This document shows positions 36,147-44,126 of a stretch of DNA of 44,126 nucleotides, piece by piece (within the stretch, counting starts at the first letter, position 1; the number at the start of each line of letters is the position of its first letter). The notes below the pieces were generated by a model that was not told the DNA's origin, searched no databases, and saw only the letters and a program-made list of their open reading frames with translations. Source of the DNA: Planctomycetota bacterium (GTDB lineage Bacteria > Planctomycetota > Planctomycetia > Gemmatales > Gemmataceae); the NCBI GenBank assembly GCA_021413475.1, contig JAIOQJ010000325.1, positions 1-44,126 of the forward strand, given 5' to 3'. The translations under genes and the position numbers were made by a program.

Positions 36147-38864
36147 TCACGATTCATCCGTCGTCGCACGGCTGATGTCGAGCGACACGAATCGCAAGAG
36201 CTCGGCATCGCTCATTTCCGTCAGTTTCGCTTCACCGTCCGCGTTGAGCACCTGGTCGGCCACCGCTTGCTTGCTTTGAATCATGGCGTCGATCCGTTCT
36301 TCCACCGTGCCGCGGCAGACGAACTTGTGAACCAATACGTTTCGCTTTTGACCGATGCGAAAAGCTCGATCGGTGGCCTGGTTCTCAACGGCCGGGTTCC
36401 ACCAGCGGTCGAAGTGAATGACATGGGATGCTGCTGTCAGGTTGAGCCCGCTACCGCCGGCTTTGAGGGAGATGACGAAGAACGGCGGACCCTGTTCGTC
36501 TTGAAAAGACTTCACCAACTCAGCGCGTTTTTTGACCGGAGTGCCTCCGTGAAGCACGAGTCCCTCGCGGCCAAACACCTCGGCCAGAAATTCAGCCAAG
36601 GGTTGCGTAATCGACTGGAACTGAGTGAAGACAAGCACCTTTTCTTGACGTTCAATGATTGGCTCACACAAGAGACGAAGGCGTTCAAACTTGCCGCTCT
36701 CGTTAGAAACAAACGCGGTGCCCGGCAAATACTGGGCGGGGTGGTTGCAGATTTGCTTGAGATGAATCAGCATCGCCAGGACGAGGCCCCGACGCGCGAT
36801 GCCGTCGGCGGTTTCGAGACGTTTCGAGAAATCCTCGACGATCTTCTCGTAGAGAACGGCCTGTTTTTTGGACAATCCGCATTCCGCCCGCATCTCCGTC
36901 TTTTCCGGGAGATCGGGGGCGATATTGCGATCGGTCTTGAGACGACGCAGAATGTATGGTCGAACGAGTCGTCTTAGTGCGGTGTATGCTTGGGCGTTCT
37001 GCCCCTGATTGAGTCTTTTGACATATTGCTTGAACTGCGCGGCGGTTCCCAGCAGGCCCGGACAACAGAAGTCGAACAGCGACCAAAGATCGCCCAGGTG
37101 GTTTTCAACGGGCGTTCCCGTCATTACCAGTCTGCAACCCGCGGCGAGTTTCTTGAGCGTGCGGGTCTGAGTGGAACCTGCATTCTTTATCGCTTGAGCT
37201 TCATCGAGAATCGCCAGCGGCCATCTCAATTTCTCAAGCCACTCTTGCCGTCGGGCCAGGCCGTACGTGGTAATGACCAGATCGAAATGAGCCAATGCGG
37301 TCGCGGGATCCTTTGCGATTTCGTCCAGTTTCTCCGCCGAGGATTCGGAGCGATGCGCGAAAAAGACCTTGAGCGATGGAGCGAATCGTGTCAATTCTTG
37401 CCGCCAATTGCCGATCAATGATGCCGGCACAACGAGCAGACTGGGAGGAACCGCCTGTCCCTTGGAATGCCGTTTTCGCAAGAGAAGTAGGTCAATCACC
37501 TGAATCGTCTTGCCCAATCCCATGTCATCCGCCAAACAGCCGCCCAGACCGAGTTCCGTCACAAGCCACAGCCAGCGCACACCTTCCACTTGATAGGGTC
37601 GCAAGGTCGCTTGCAGATCGCGGCCGGGTTGACACGCGTCGATCGTTTCGGGATGGCGCATCCGTTCGAGCGTTTCGCGCAGCCAGCTTCCTGCCGAGAT
37701 TTGCGACCAGTCGGCAACGGTGTCCTCGGCCTCATCGGCGGCCGTCAGTCTGGCACCTGCAAGCAATCGCATTCCTTCGATGAAGCCGATTCCCTTGGCG
37801 TGTTCTTTCTCGAGCGACTTCCAGTGGTCGAGCGCTTCCTGAATTTGTTCGCGATCGACTTCGACCCATTTGCCGCGCAGCAGAGTGAGGCCATCGGTCG
37901 CTTGCAGGAGTTGCTTCCGTTCCGCGTCGCTGAGAGGCTCACCATCGATTGTGAGCGCGACGTGAAAATCGAGCATGTTGTCCATCGACAACACGCTCGC
38001 TGGCCGTGTCCCGAGGCTAACCTGCACTTGTGGGCGCGGCGGCTTGCGGGCCGACCACCAATCGGGCAGACGCAAGACGATGCCGGCTTGCTCGATCGGC
38101 AGCGATTCTTTGAGAAAGCGATGGGCCTCGCGGATGGTCCACGCTTGCGGCGAGAAGAGGGCTTTGGAATCCAGCAACTCCCGCGCGAGTGGACTTTGTT
38201 CCGCCGCGCGCCGCACCGGTTCCAAGAGGGCGGTCAGCTTGGCTTGCTCCTTGGTGCCCGCGTATGTTTTTAGTGCCTCCGCTAAAGGCAAATGCTGAAG
38301 GCGAGCGTCACTCGACATCCGATGCGTGAAAGTCGCCAGGAATGCGAACGGTCGATTCGGATCTCGCTTGTTTTCCGCCAGGTGAAACGTGACCCGTCCC
38401 AGGAGACGCCAGAGCGGATGGACCGATTGCAGCCAGGTCGCCGGCCCGTTGCGATGGGCCGAGGCACGCTCGATAGCCAGGCCGCGTAGGGCTCGCCAAA
38501 GCTCGCGCAGTCGCTCGACCGACAGGTATTCGAGCCCGCGCATGGGCGGTGCCCCGGTCACCAGAATTCCGAGTTCGTCGTCGGTAGGCTCTGGCAGCGT
38601 CATCCATTGGTCGACTGGCGCTTCGCCCAGATGACAAACGCGTTGGAAGAAGTCGCGTGCGAATCCTTTCCAGAATACAAAATCTGCCGGGAGTTCTCGA
38701 TCCAGTTTGCTGGATGCCAAGAGCAGCAAACCTTCCGCGCTCGATTCACCGAAGGCGTGCTGGAGAATGGTGATTGTGGATTCGTCAAGCGTGGACGGTG
38801 CCGCGGGATCCTCGTCGAGGTGCAACTGGCCGCTTGGCGTGATGGATAAGTAGGGTTGCATCAT
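36147..38864 (-). CDS. SNF2-family DEAD/H helicase with an N-terminal bacterial SNF2-associated region
   Basis: Motif I DDMGLGKT, motif II ILDEAQAIKN, SLKAGGSGLNLT, motif VI QATDRAFRIGQKRNV. Start taken at ATG 38864 (MMQPYL), because the 38921 start would overlap a T8 terminator. Confidence 0.88.
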   Translation of the reverse strand: MMQPYLSITPSGQLHLDEDPAAPSTLDESTITILQHAFGESSAEGLLLLASSKLDRELPADFVFWKGFARDFFQRVCHLGEAPVDQWMTLPEPTDDELGILVTGAPPMRGLEYLSVERLRELWRALRGLAIERASAHRNGPATWLQSVHPLWRLLGRVTFHLAENKRDPNRPFAFLATFTHRMSSDARLQHLPLAEALKTYAGTKEQAKLTALLEPVRRAAEQSPLARELLDSKALFSPQAWTIREAHRFLKESLPIEQAGIVLRLPDWWSARKPPRPQVQVSLGTRPASVLSMDNMLDFHVALTIDGEPLSDAERKQLLQATDGLTLLRGKWVEVDREQIQEALDHWKSLEKEHAKGIGFIEGMRLLAGARLTAADEAEDTVADWSQISAGSWLRETLERMRHPETIDACQPGRDLQATLRPYQVEGVRWLWLVTELGLGGCLADDMGLGKTIQVIDLLLLRKRHSKGQAVPPSLLVVPASLIGNWRQELTRFAPSLKVFFAHRSESSAEKLDEIAKDPATALAHFDLVITTYGLARRQEWLEKLRWPLAILDEAQAIKNAGSTQTRTLKKLAAGCRLVMTGTPVENHLGDLWSLFDFCCPGLLGTAAQFKQYVKRLNQGQNAQAYTALRRLVRPYILRRLKTDRNIAPDLPEKTEMRAECGLSKKQAVLYEKIVEDFSKRLETADGIARRGLVLAMLIHLKQICNHPAQYLPGTAFVSNESGKFERLRLLCEPIIERQEKVLVFTQFQSITQPLAEFLAEVFGREGLVLHGGTPVKKRAELVKSFQDEQGPPFFVISLKAGGSGLNLTAASHVIHFDRWWNPAVENQATDRAFRIGQKRNVLVHKFVCRGTVEERIDAMIQSKQAVADQVLNADGEAKLTEMSDAELLRFVSLDISRATTDES

Positions 38865-38878
38865 GGGAATCCTATCCC

Positions 38879-38934
38879 AAAAAAAAGTGATCGGTGTGTT
38901 TCGAGCGAGCAATTCACCCAAAACTCACCGATCA
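38879..38934 (-). terminator. Probable intrinsic terminator of the DUF1080 gene (minus strand)
   Basis: The minus-strand RNA reads tgatcggtg, a 29-nt loop, caccgatca, then c and U8 (A8 on the plus strand at 38879-38886). The stem is only 9 bp and the loop is long. Confidence 0.45.
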
Positions 38935-38943
38935 TCACAACAG

Positions 38944-39582
38944 TCACTTCAGTTCTTTGATCTTGATGTTCTTGAAATGCACTTCCCATCCTTCGCATTG
39001 GAAACCGATCGGGCCCTCCGTGAGCGGGCTCTTGCCGGTGGAGACGAGGACGCCGTTTAGCTTCACCGTGATCGATCCATCGGCCTTGCAGGTGACCTCG
39101 GTCGTGCTCCACTCGCCCATCGGCCGCAGGGCCTTCTTGTGAGCTTCTTCGTTGAAGGTGCTTTCCAGGCCTTCCTTGAAGCCAACCGCGTAGAGCTTGC
39201 CGTGGTCCTTGTAGCGGCCTTGCGGTTCGACGCTCTTCGGCATCACCTTGTGCGGTAACTGGATATGCACGAGGCAGCCGCTGTTGCTATCGGGCGTGCT
39301 ATCTTTGGGAAATCGCCAGTCGAATTGCAGAACGTAGTTCTTGAAATTCTTGTCCGCGTATATGTAGCACTTCGGTTTTCCGCTGACGATCAAGGCGCCC
39401 TCCTTGATCGTGAACGTCTTGGCCGGATCGGCACCCTTGTCCTTATCCTCGTATTGAACTTTCAGACCCTTTAGATCGATGCCGTTAAAAAGTGGCGTGA
39501 AGCCGTCGTCCTTGTCGGCCGCCCGCGAAACGGGGACAAACAGAATCGCGGTGGTAGCGAGACCAAATAAAAACTGACGCAT
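38944..39582 (-). CDS. DUF1080 (3-keto-disaccharide hydrolase-like) domain protein, exported
   Basis: Signal MRQFLFGLATTAILFVPVSRA. FTPLFNGIDLKGL. C-terminal GPIGFQCEGWEVHFKNIKIKEL, typical of DUF1080. Confidence 0.8.
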   Translation of the reverse strand: MRQFLFGLATTAILFVPVSRAADKDDGFTPLFNGIDLKGLKVQYEDKDKGADPAKTFTIKEGALIVSGKPKCYIYADKNFKNYVLQFDWRFPKDSTPDSNSGCLVHIQLPHKVMPKSVEPQGRYKDHGKLYAVGFKEGLESTFNEEAHKKALRPMGEWSTTEVTCKADGSITVKLNGVLVSTGKSPLTEGPIGFQCEGWEVHFKNIKIKELK

Positions 39583-39613
39583 GGAGGTCCTTTCGAGTGG
39601 AGAGAAGAATCGA

Positions 39614-40372
39614 CTACTTACTTTGCGGTTTCTCAAACACCTTCGCATCGAGTTTCTCCAGCGGCTTCTGGTCGCTGAATTCTTCTTCGAGGAACAATTT
39701 GCCGTCGCGTTTGATGGTGAGTCTGTCGAAGACCTTCAGGCCGTTTTTGTCTTTCCAGCCGTTGAGGAAAACCTCTTGTGTCACTTCCATTTTGCTGAAT
39801 TCGTCCCAGGCTTTGGTTTCGCTTTTGGCGAGCAAGTGGGTCTTTTCATCCAGGTAGAGCGTCACGTTGCGCTGATCCTTGCGGGTGACTTTGATGCCGA
39901 TGGTCGGTTTGTCGTCAACCTTGATGCCGGGGACGATCGTGAGCGTGAACTCTTTCTCCTTGAGCGGGGTGATTTGCGAAACGAACATCGTGTAGATCGT
40001 GCGGTTGAATTCCTCCGCCTTTTTCTTGTCCATGTCGCGCATGTCTTCGCCCATTTTTTCCCACGCCACTTTGCCGTCGCTAGCAGCGGACATGGTCGTC
40101 TTCTGACCGCCGAACTCCATCGCCATGTCGAAGCGCATCATGTTGGGCTTCATGTACGAGTAGTCGGCTATGTACGGGATCTTCATGCCGAAGCCGTGGA
40201 ACGTGCCTTTGGTTTTCCACTGTTCGCCGTTCACTTTTTTGAGTTTCTCCGCATCGCCCAATGCAGCGATGGCTTTGTCGATCACGGCCCCCGCGTCGTC
40301 GGCGGACCGGCCGATGGTCGCGGTGACGAAAATCAACAACAGGGCGCTGGCCCCGCTCAAGTAGGAACGCAT
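39614..40372 (-). CDS. Hypothetical exported protein
   Basis: Signal MRSYLSGASALLLIFVTATIGRSA. Lys/Glu/Asp-rich mature region. RBS caggaga. No family recognised. Confidence 0.7.
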   Translation of the reverse strand: MRSYLSGASALLLIFVTATIGRSADDAGAVIDKAIAALGDAEKLKKVNGEQWKTKGTFHGFGMKIPYIADYSYMKPNMMRFDMAMEFGGQKTTMSAASDGKVAWEKMGEDMRDMDKKKAEEFNRTIYTMFVSQITPLKEKEFTLTIVPGIKVDDKPTIGIKVTRKDQRNVTLYLDEKTHLLAKSETKAWDEFSKMEVTQEVFLNGWKDKNGLKVFDRLTIKRDGKLFLEEEFSDQKPLEKLDAKVFEKPQSK

Positions 40373-40424
40373 GGATGTTCTCCTGAAACTGTTCGAGGGT
40401 AGACGTGATCGTGTTGTATTTTTA

Positions 40425-41774
40425 CTAACTGACGAGCCGAGCGGCGTAAGCCGCCGGGTGAAGTTTCAGATTCTGATGCGTCACCCGGCGGCTTACGCCG
40501 CTCGGCTCGCCACCGAATTCGTCGGTCTCGCCAATCGTGATGCCCGGCTTGATGCCGCCGCCGGCCATCCACATGGTGTACGAATCGATGTGATGGTTGC
40601 GGCCGACGGATGTGCGGGCTTCACCCATCGGCGTACGGCCGAATTCGCCGCCCCAAATCACGAGTGTCGAATCGAGCAGGCCGCGATTCTTCAAGTCGGC
40701 GATCAAGGCAGCCGCGGGTTGGTCGATATCTTTGCAGACTTTGTCGAGGCCGTTGGTGAGGTTGTTGACGCTATCGCCGTGATGGTCCCACTCGGTGTGG
40801 TAAAGCTGCACGAAACGCGTGCCGCGTTCGACCAGCCGGCGCGCGAGCAGGCAATTGTTCGCGAAAGTCGCCTTACCCGGCTCGGCACCGTACATGTTGA
40901 GGGTCTGCTTGGTCTCTTTCGTGAGATCGATCAACTCGGGAGCGCTCGACTGCATCCGGTACGCCATCTCGTAGGAGGCGATGCGCGTGGCGATCTCCGG
41001 GTCGCCGGTGGCGTCGAGGCGTTCGCCATTGAGATCGCGCACGGCATCGAGCACGTCGCGCTGCCGCGTTGCCGAGATGCCCGTCGGCGACGAGAGATTG
41101 ACGATCGGATCGCCGCCGGAGCGGAAGGGAACGCCCTGATACGACGTGGGCAGGAAGCCGGAGCCCCAGTTGTGGACGCCGCCGCGAGGGCCGCGCGGGC
41201 CGGATTGCAGCACGACAAAACCGGGCAGGTTCTGCGATTCGGAACCGATGCCGTAAGTCACCCACGAGCCCATCGACGGCCGGCCAAATTGCGGCGAGCC
41301 GGTATTCATGAAGATCTTGGCGGGGGCATGGTTGAAGACGTTGGTCGCCATCGAACGGACAATCGCGAGTTCGTCGGCCACCTTGCCCAGATGCGGCAAA
41401 CACTCAGACATCCACGCTCCGCTTTGGCCGTGCTGAGCGAACTTGCGCGAGGTGCCGAGGAGTTTCGGTTTCTCTTTCGTGAAGGTGTTCATGAAGGCGA
41501 ATCGCTTGCCTTCCAGGAACGAATCAGGGATCGGCTGGCCATTCAGTCTCTGCAATTCCGGCTTCCGTTCGAAGAGTTCGAATTGGCTGGGGCCACCCGC
41601 CATAAACAGGAAGATGACACTCTTTGCCTTCGCTGCGAAATGCGGCCTGTGAACGACGGAAGGAGCGGCCACGGCATCGCGTGCCAGCAGCGAACCGAGC
41701 GCGATCGAACCGAGACCGACGCCGCAATCTCGAAAGAAATGCCGGCGTGTTTGGTGGAGGAGACTGGAGTGCAT
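40425..41774 (-). CDS. DUF1501 domain-containing protein with Tat signal; C-terminus replaced by a palindromic repeat (possibly truncated or pseudogenised)
   Basis: [18 protein letters not shown] Tat signal, [27 protein letters not shown]. Homology to the paralog stops after GETDEFG. The last 28 codons ([28 protein letters not shown]) are encoded by the hairpin at 40431-40511. Confidence 0.8.
   Translation of the reverse strand: [449 protein letters not shown]
40431..40511. repeat. Palindromic element (perfect 29-bp stem, 19-nt loop) forming the 3' end of a coding sequence
   Basis: 40433-40461 (cgagccgagcggcgtaagccgccgggtga) is the exact reverse complement of 40481-40509. The outer ends are gacgagcc / ggctcgcc. 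Confidence 0.95.
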
Positions 41775-41793
41775 GGTGGCTCTCGATTTCAAT

Positions 41794-41863
41794 GGACGGC
41801 CCAAGGAAGGCCATCCTACGAAGGAATGCCTTCTCTTCGTAGGACGGCCTTCCTTGGCCGTCC
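41794..41863. repeat. Family C nested palindrome, copy 2 (inverted arm order relative to copy 1; 1 indel and 1 mismatch)
   Basis: 41794-41823 (ggacggcccaaggaaggccatcctacgaag) pairs with 41835-41863 (cttcgtaggacggccttccttggccgtcc). It lies between the DUF1553 stop and the DUF1501 start. Confidence 0.95.
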
Positions 41864-41869
41864 CGGTAT

Positions 41870-44126
41870 TTATTCCCGCGTGATGAACTCATCCAAGTTC
41901 ATCAATACGCGTGCCGTCATGATCCATGACGCACGATCGATCACGGCGGCGTCGGCTTCTTTGCTCGGCAATTCCGCCAGCGAGCGAGCTTCGCTCAGGT
42001 TCGCCGCGAAGTTTGCTTTCTGCCCCTTCAAGAACGCTTCGAGCCGATCGAGTTCCCGTTGCGTCGGCGGTCGCGACAAGCACATCCGGAACGCGAAGGT
42101 CAGTCGGCCGATGTCGTCGGTCGGGCCATCGGTTGTCACCCGGCGAGCGAGGGCGATGGCGTACTCGTAGAAGCCTGAATCGTTGAGCAAGGTCAATGCT
42201 TGCAGCGGGGTGTTCGAACGGGCCCGCCGGGTGCACGTGAAATTCGAATCGGGGGCATCGAACACGATCAACCCGGGATGCGGAGCGGACCGCCAGAAGT
42301 AGGTGTACATGCCGCGTCGGTAACGATCCGTGCCGGTGCTCGCCTTCCATGCTTTGTCGATCTGTGTGAACCGATAGACGCCTTCGGGTTGCGGCGGGAA
42401 CACACTCGGGCCGCCAACTTTCGAATTGAGTAACCCACCGGCGGCCAGCGACGTGTCGCGGACGATTTCGGCCGTGACGCGGATCCGCGTTTGCTTGGCC
42501 AGCAGACGATTACGGGGATCGACGACCGCGAGATCGGGACGGGCGTGCGACGCTTGCCGGTAGGTGGCCGACATGACGATCAATTTGTGCATCGCCTTGA
42601 CCGACCACTTCCGTTGCATGAACTCGGAAGCGAGATAATCGAGTAGCTCGGGATGGCTGGGCGGCGTCCCTTGCGTGCCGAAGTCGTTCTCCGTCTCGAC
42701 GATGCCGTTACCGAAGAACTGGCCCCAGTAACGATTGACGGCCACGCGAGCGGTCAGTGGGTTGTCGGTCGCCACCAGCCAATTGGCAAGATCGAGCCGC
42801 GAAAGGCTTGGCTTACTCGGCAACGGCGGCAGAATCGATGGCGTCCCAGCTGTGACCACGACGCCCTTGCGGAGGAAATCGCCGCCGAGATGCACGTTCG
42901 TAACCCGCGGCGTTTTGGTTTCCTGCAACACCATCGAGGTGGTGACGACGGGTTCCTGCTTCTTCAAATCCTCGTGCTGTTTAACGAGATCGATGCGGTG
43001 TTGGAGAAGGGTCGAATGCACGACGGCCGCAATCGGATTAGCCACCGCCCCTACCACAAGACGCGTTTGATCGGCGAAACGGAAGCTCTCTTCAAGAATC
43101 TTCTTTTGCTTAACACTCCGGCCGGCCGGTGCGACCATGAACAGCGTCTGGATCTCTTTGGGCACCATGTGCCGACTCGCGTCGGTGATGCCGAGTTCCC
43201 ATTTCTCGACGGCCTCGGGCGTGGTGAGGTCGTAACGCTTCAGTTCGGTTTCGACGGCCGTGATCCGGGCGCGAATTTTCTGCCGTTCTCGATCCTGATC
43301 GGGTGTCAGGATCTCCAGGTTCGGCTCGTCGCAATTGTTGAAGAAGGCGAAGAACTGGTAGAACTCGCGCTGCGAGAGCGGGTCGAATTTGTGGTCGTGG
43401 CACTGGGCGCAGCCGAGGGTCAAACCGAGCCAGACCGATGAGGTCGTGTTGACCCGATCGATGATCGAATCGACGCGGAACTGCTCGAGGTCGATGCCGC
43501 CTTCTTGGTTGATCTGGGTGTTGCGGTGAAATCCGGTCGCCACTTTCTGGTCCATCGTGGCCTTCGGCAACAGGTCGCCGGCGAGTTGCTCCCGGGTGAA
43601 TTCGTCGAACGGCATGTCCTTGTTGATGGCATCGATCACCCAATCGCGGTACTTCCAAATCGAACGCGGGGCGTCGATGCTGTAGCCATTCGAGTCGGCA
43701 TAGCGAGCCATATCGAGCCAGTGCCGACCTTGCATCTCACCATAGTGCGGTGAGGCGAGCAGGTGATCAACCAAGGCCTCGTAGGCCGTTTCCGGCTTAG
43801 TGGCCGATTCCTTCAGAAAGCGATCCACTTCTTCGATCGTCGGCGGCAACCCGGTCAGATCGAGCGACAAACGGCGAATCAGCGTGATCGGATCCGCTTC
43901 CTTCGAGGGTGCGATTCCCTTCCTTTCAAGCTCGGACAGGATGAAGCGATCGATCGAGTTGCGCGCCCAAGAAGTCTTCTTCACGGTCGGATCCGGCGGC
44001 CGCCGGATTGGTTGAAACGACCAGTGTGCCGATTTCGGTCCCCCCGCGACAATCTCTTCTTTTGTCGGCCCCTTGGCACCCTCGTCGCTCCAACGGTGGA
44101 GGAGGGCGATGTCCTCCGGCGCCAGC
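41870..44126 (-). CDS. PSCyt/DUF1549/DUF1553 domain protein, 5'-truncated by the window edge
   Basis: The frame is open to the window end: ...LLHRWSDEGAKG...HWSFQPIRRPPDPTVKKTSWARNSIDRFIL (DUF1549 start). Also LIRRLSLDLTGLPPT, CAQCHDHKFDP and a DUF1553-like C-terminal half. It forms the classic pair with the downstream DUF1501. Confidence 0.9.
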   Translation of the reverse strand, partial: LAPEDIALLHRWSDEGAKGPTKEEIVAGGPKSAHWSFQPIRRPPDPTVKKTSWARNSIDRFILSELERKGIAPSKEADPITLIRRLSLDLTGLPPTIEEVDRFLKESATKPETAYEALVDHLLASPHYGEMQGRHWLDMARYADSNGYSIDAPRSIWKYRDWVIDAINKDMPFDEFTREQLAGDLLPKATMDQKVATGFHRNTQINQEGGIDLEQFRVDSIIDRVNTTSSVWLGLTLGCAQCHDHKFDPLSQREFYQFFAFFNNCDEPNLEILTPDQDRERQKIRARITAVETELKRYDLTTPEAVEKWELGITDASRHMVPKEIQTLFMVAPAGRSVKQKKILEESFRFADQTRLVVGAVANPIAAVVHSTLLQHRIDLVKQHEDLKKQEPVVTTSMVLQETKTPRVTNVHLGGDFLRKGVVVTAGTPSILPPLPSKPSLSRLDLANWLVATDNPLTARVAVNRYWGQFFGNGIVETENDFGTQGTPPSHPELLDYLASEFMQRKWSVKAMHKLIVMSATYRQASHARPDLAVVDPRNRLLAKQTRIRVTAEIVRDTSLAAGGLLNSKVGGPSVFPPQPEGVYRFTQIDKAWKASTGTDRYRRGMYTYFWRSAPHPGLIVFDAPDSNFTCTRRARSNTPLQALTLLNDSGFYEYAIALARRVTTDGPTDDIGRLTFAFRMCLSRPPTQRELDRLEAFLKGQKANFAANLSEARSLAELPSKEADAAVIDRASWIMTARVLMNLDEFITRE

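Noticed and set aside
36066-36977. 303-aa plus-strand ORF, and other plus-strand ORFs at 37376-38273
   Set aside because: They are antisense to the SNF2 helicase, which carries the complete motif I-VI set.
40371-42170. 599-aa plus-strand ORF
   Set aside because: It runs antisense across DUF1501, the family C hairpin and the end of the DUF1553 gene. The translation is Arg/Ala/Gly-rich, and it would overlap two well-supported genes.

Overview
The window looks like a chromosomal segment of a Planctomycetota-type genome. This is inferred from two DUF1501 genes, a PSCyt/DUF1549/DUF1553 gene, two PVC-type dehydrogenase/HEAT/cytochrome c genes, Tat signals and DUF1080/DUF11 proteins. All calls come from by-eye motif reading; no searches were run. 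I support about 30 protein-coding genes, including an rpmB-gatC-gatA-gatB cluster. I recognised no rRNA, tRNA, CRISPR array, transposase, integrase or phage gene.

Five points stand out:
- **Decarboxylase-globin operon (25126-27389).** A ribbon-helix-helix/4xCxxC protein, a group II PLP decarboxylase and a truncated hemoglobin are packed into one operon. The decarboxylase's catalytic-loop Tyr aligns with Phe, the aldehyde-synthase signature. This is my best candidate for an undescribed module.
- **Long hairpins in the intergenic gaps.** Most gaps longer than about 60 nt, plus one gene 3' end, carry a long (27-39 bp stem) near-perfect hairpin. They fall into several sequence families. Some are multi-copy, some have arms built of tandem 8-9-nt units, and several share GGCGAG(C) termini.
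- **Three apparently damaged genes.** A PVC-type heme-binding gene is split by a deletion and frameshift at a GGACGGC microhomology. gatA lacks about 40 conserved residues in frame. One DUF1501 gene has its 3' end replaced by a palindromic element.
- **Unusual signalling architectures.** A Ser/Thr kinase carries an extracytoplasmic DJ-1/PfpI-like domain without the nucleophile Cys. There is also an orphan FHA-GAF-histidine kinase.
- **An SNF2-SWIM two-gene module.**

The many long antisense ORFs in the track are shadow ORFs typical of GC-rich DNA.
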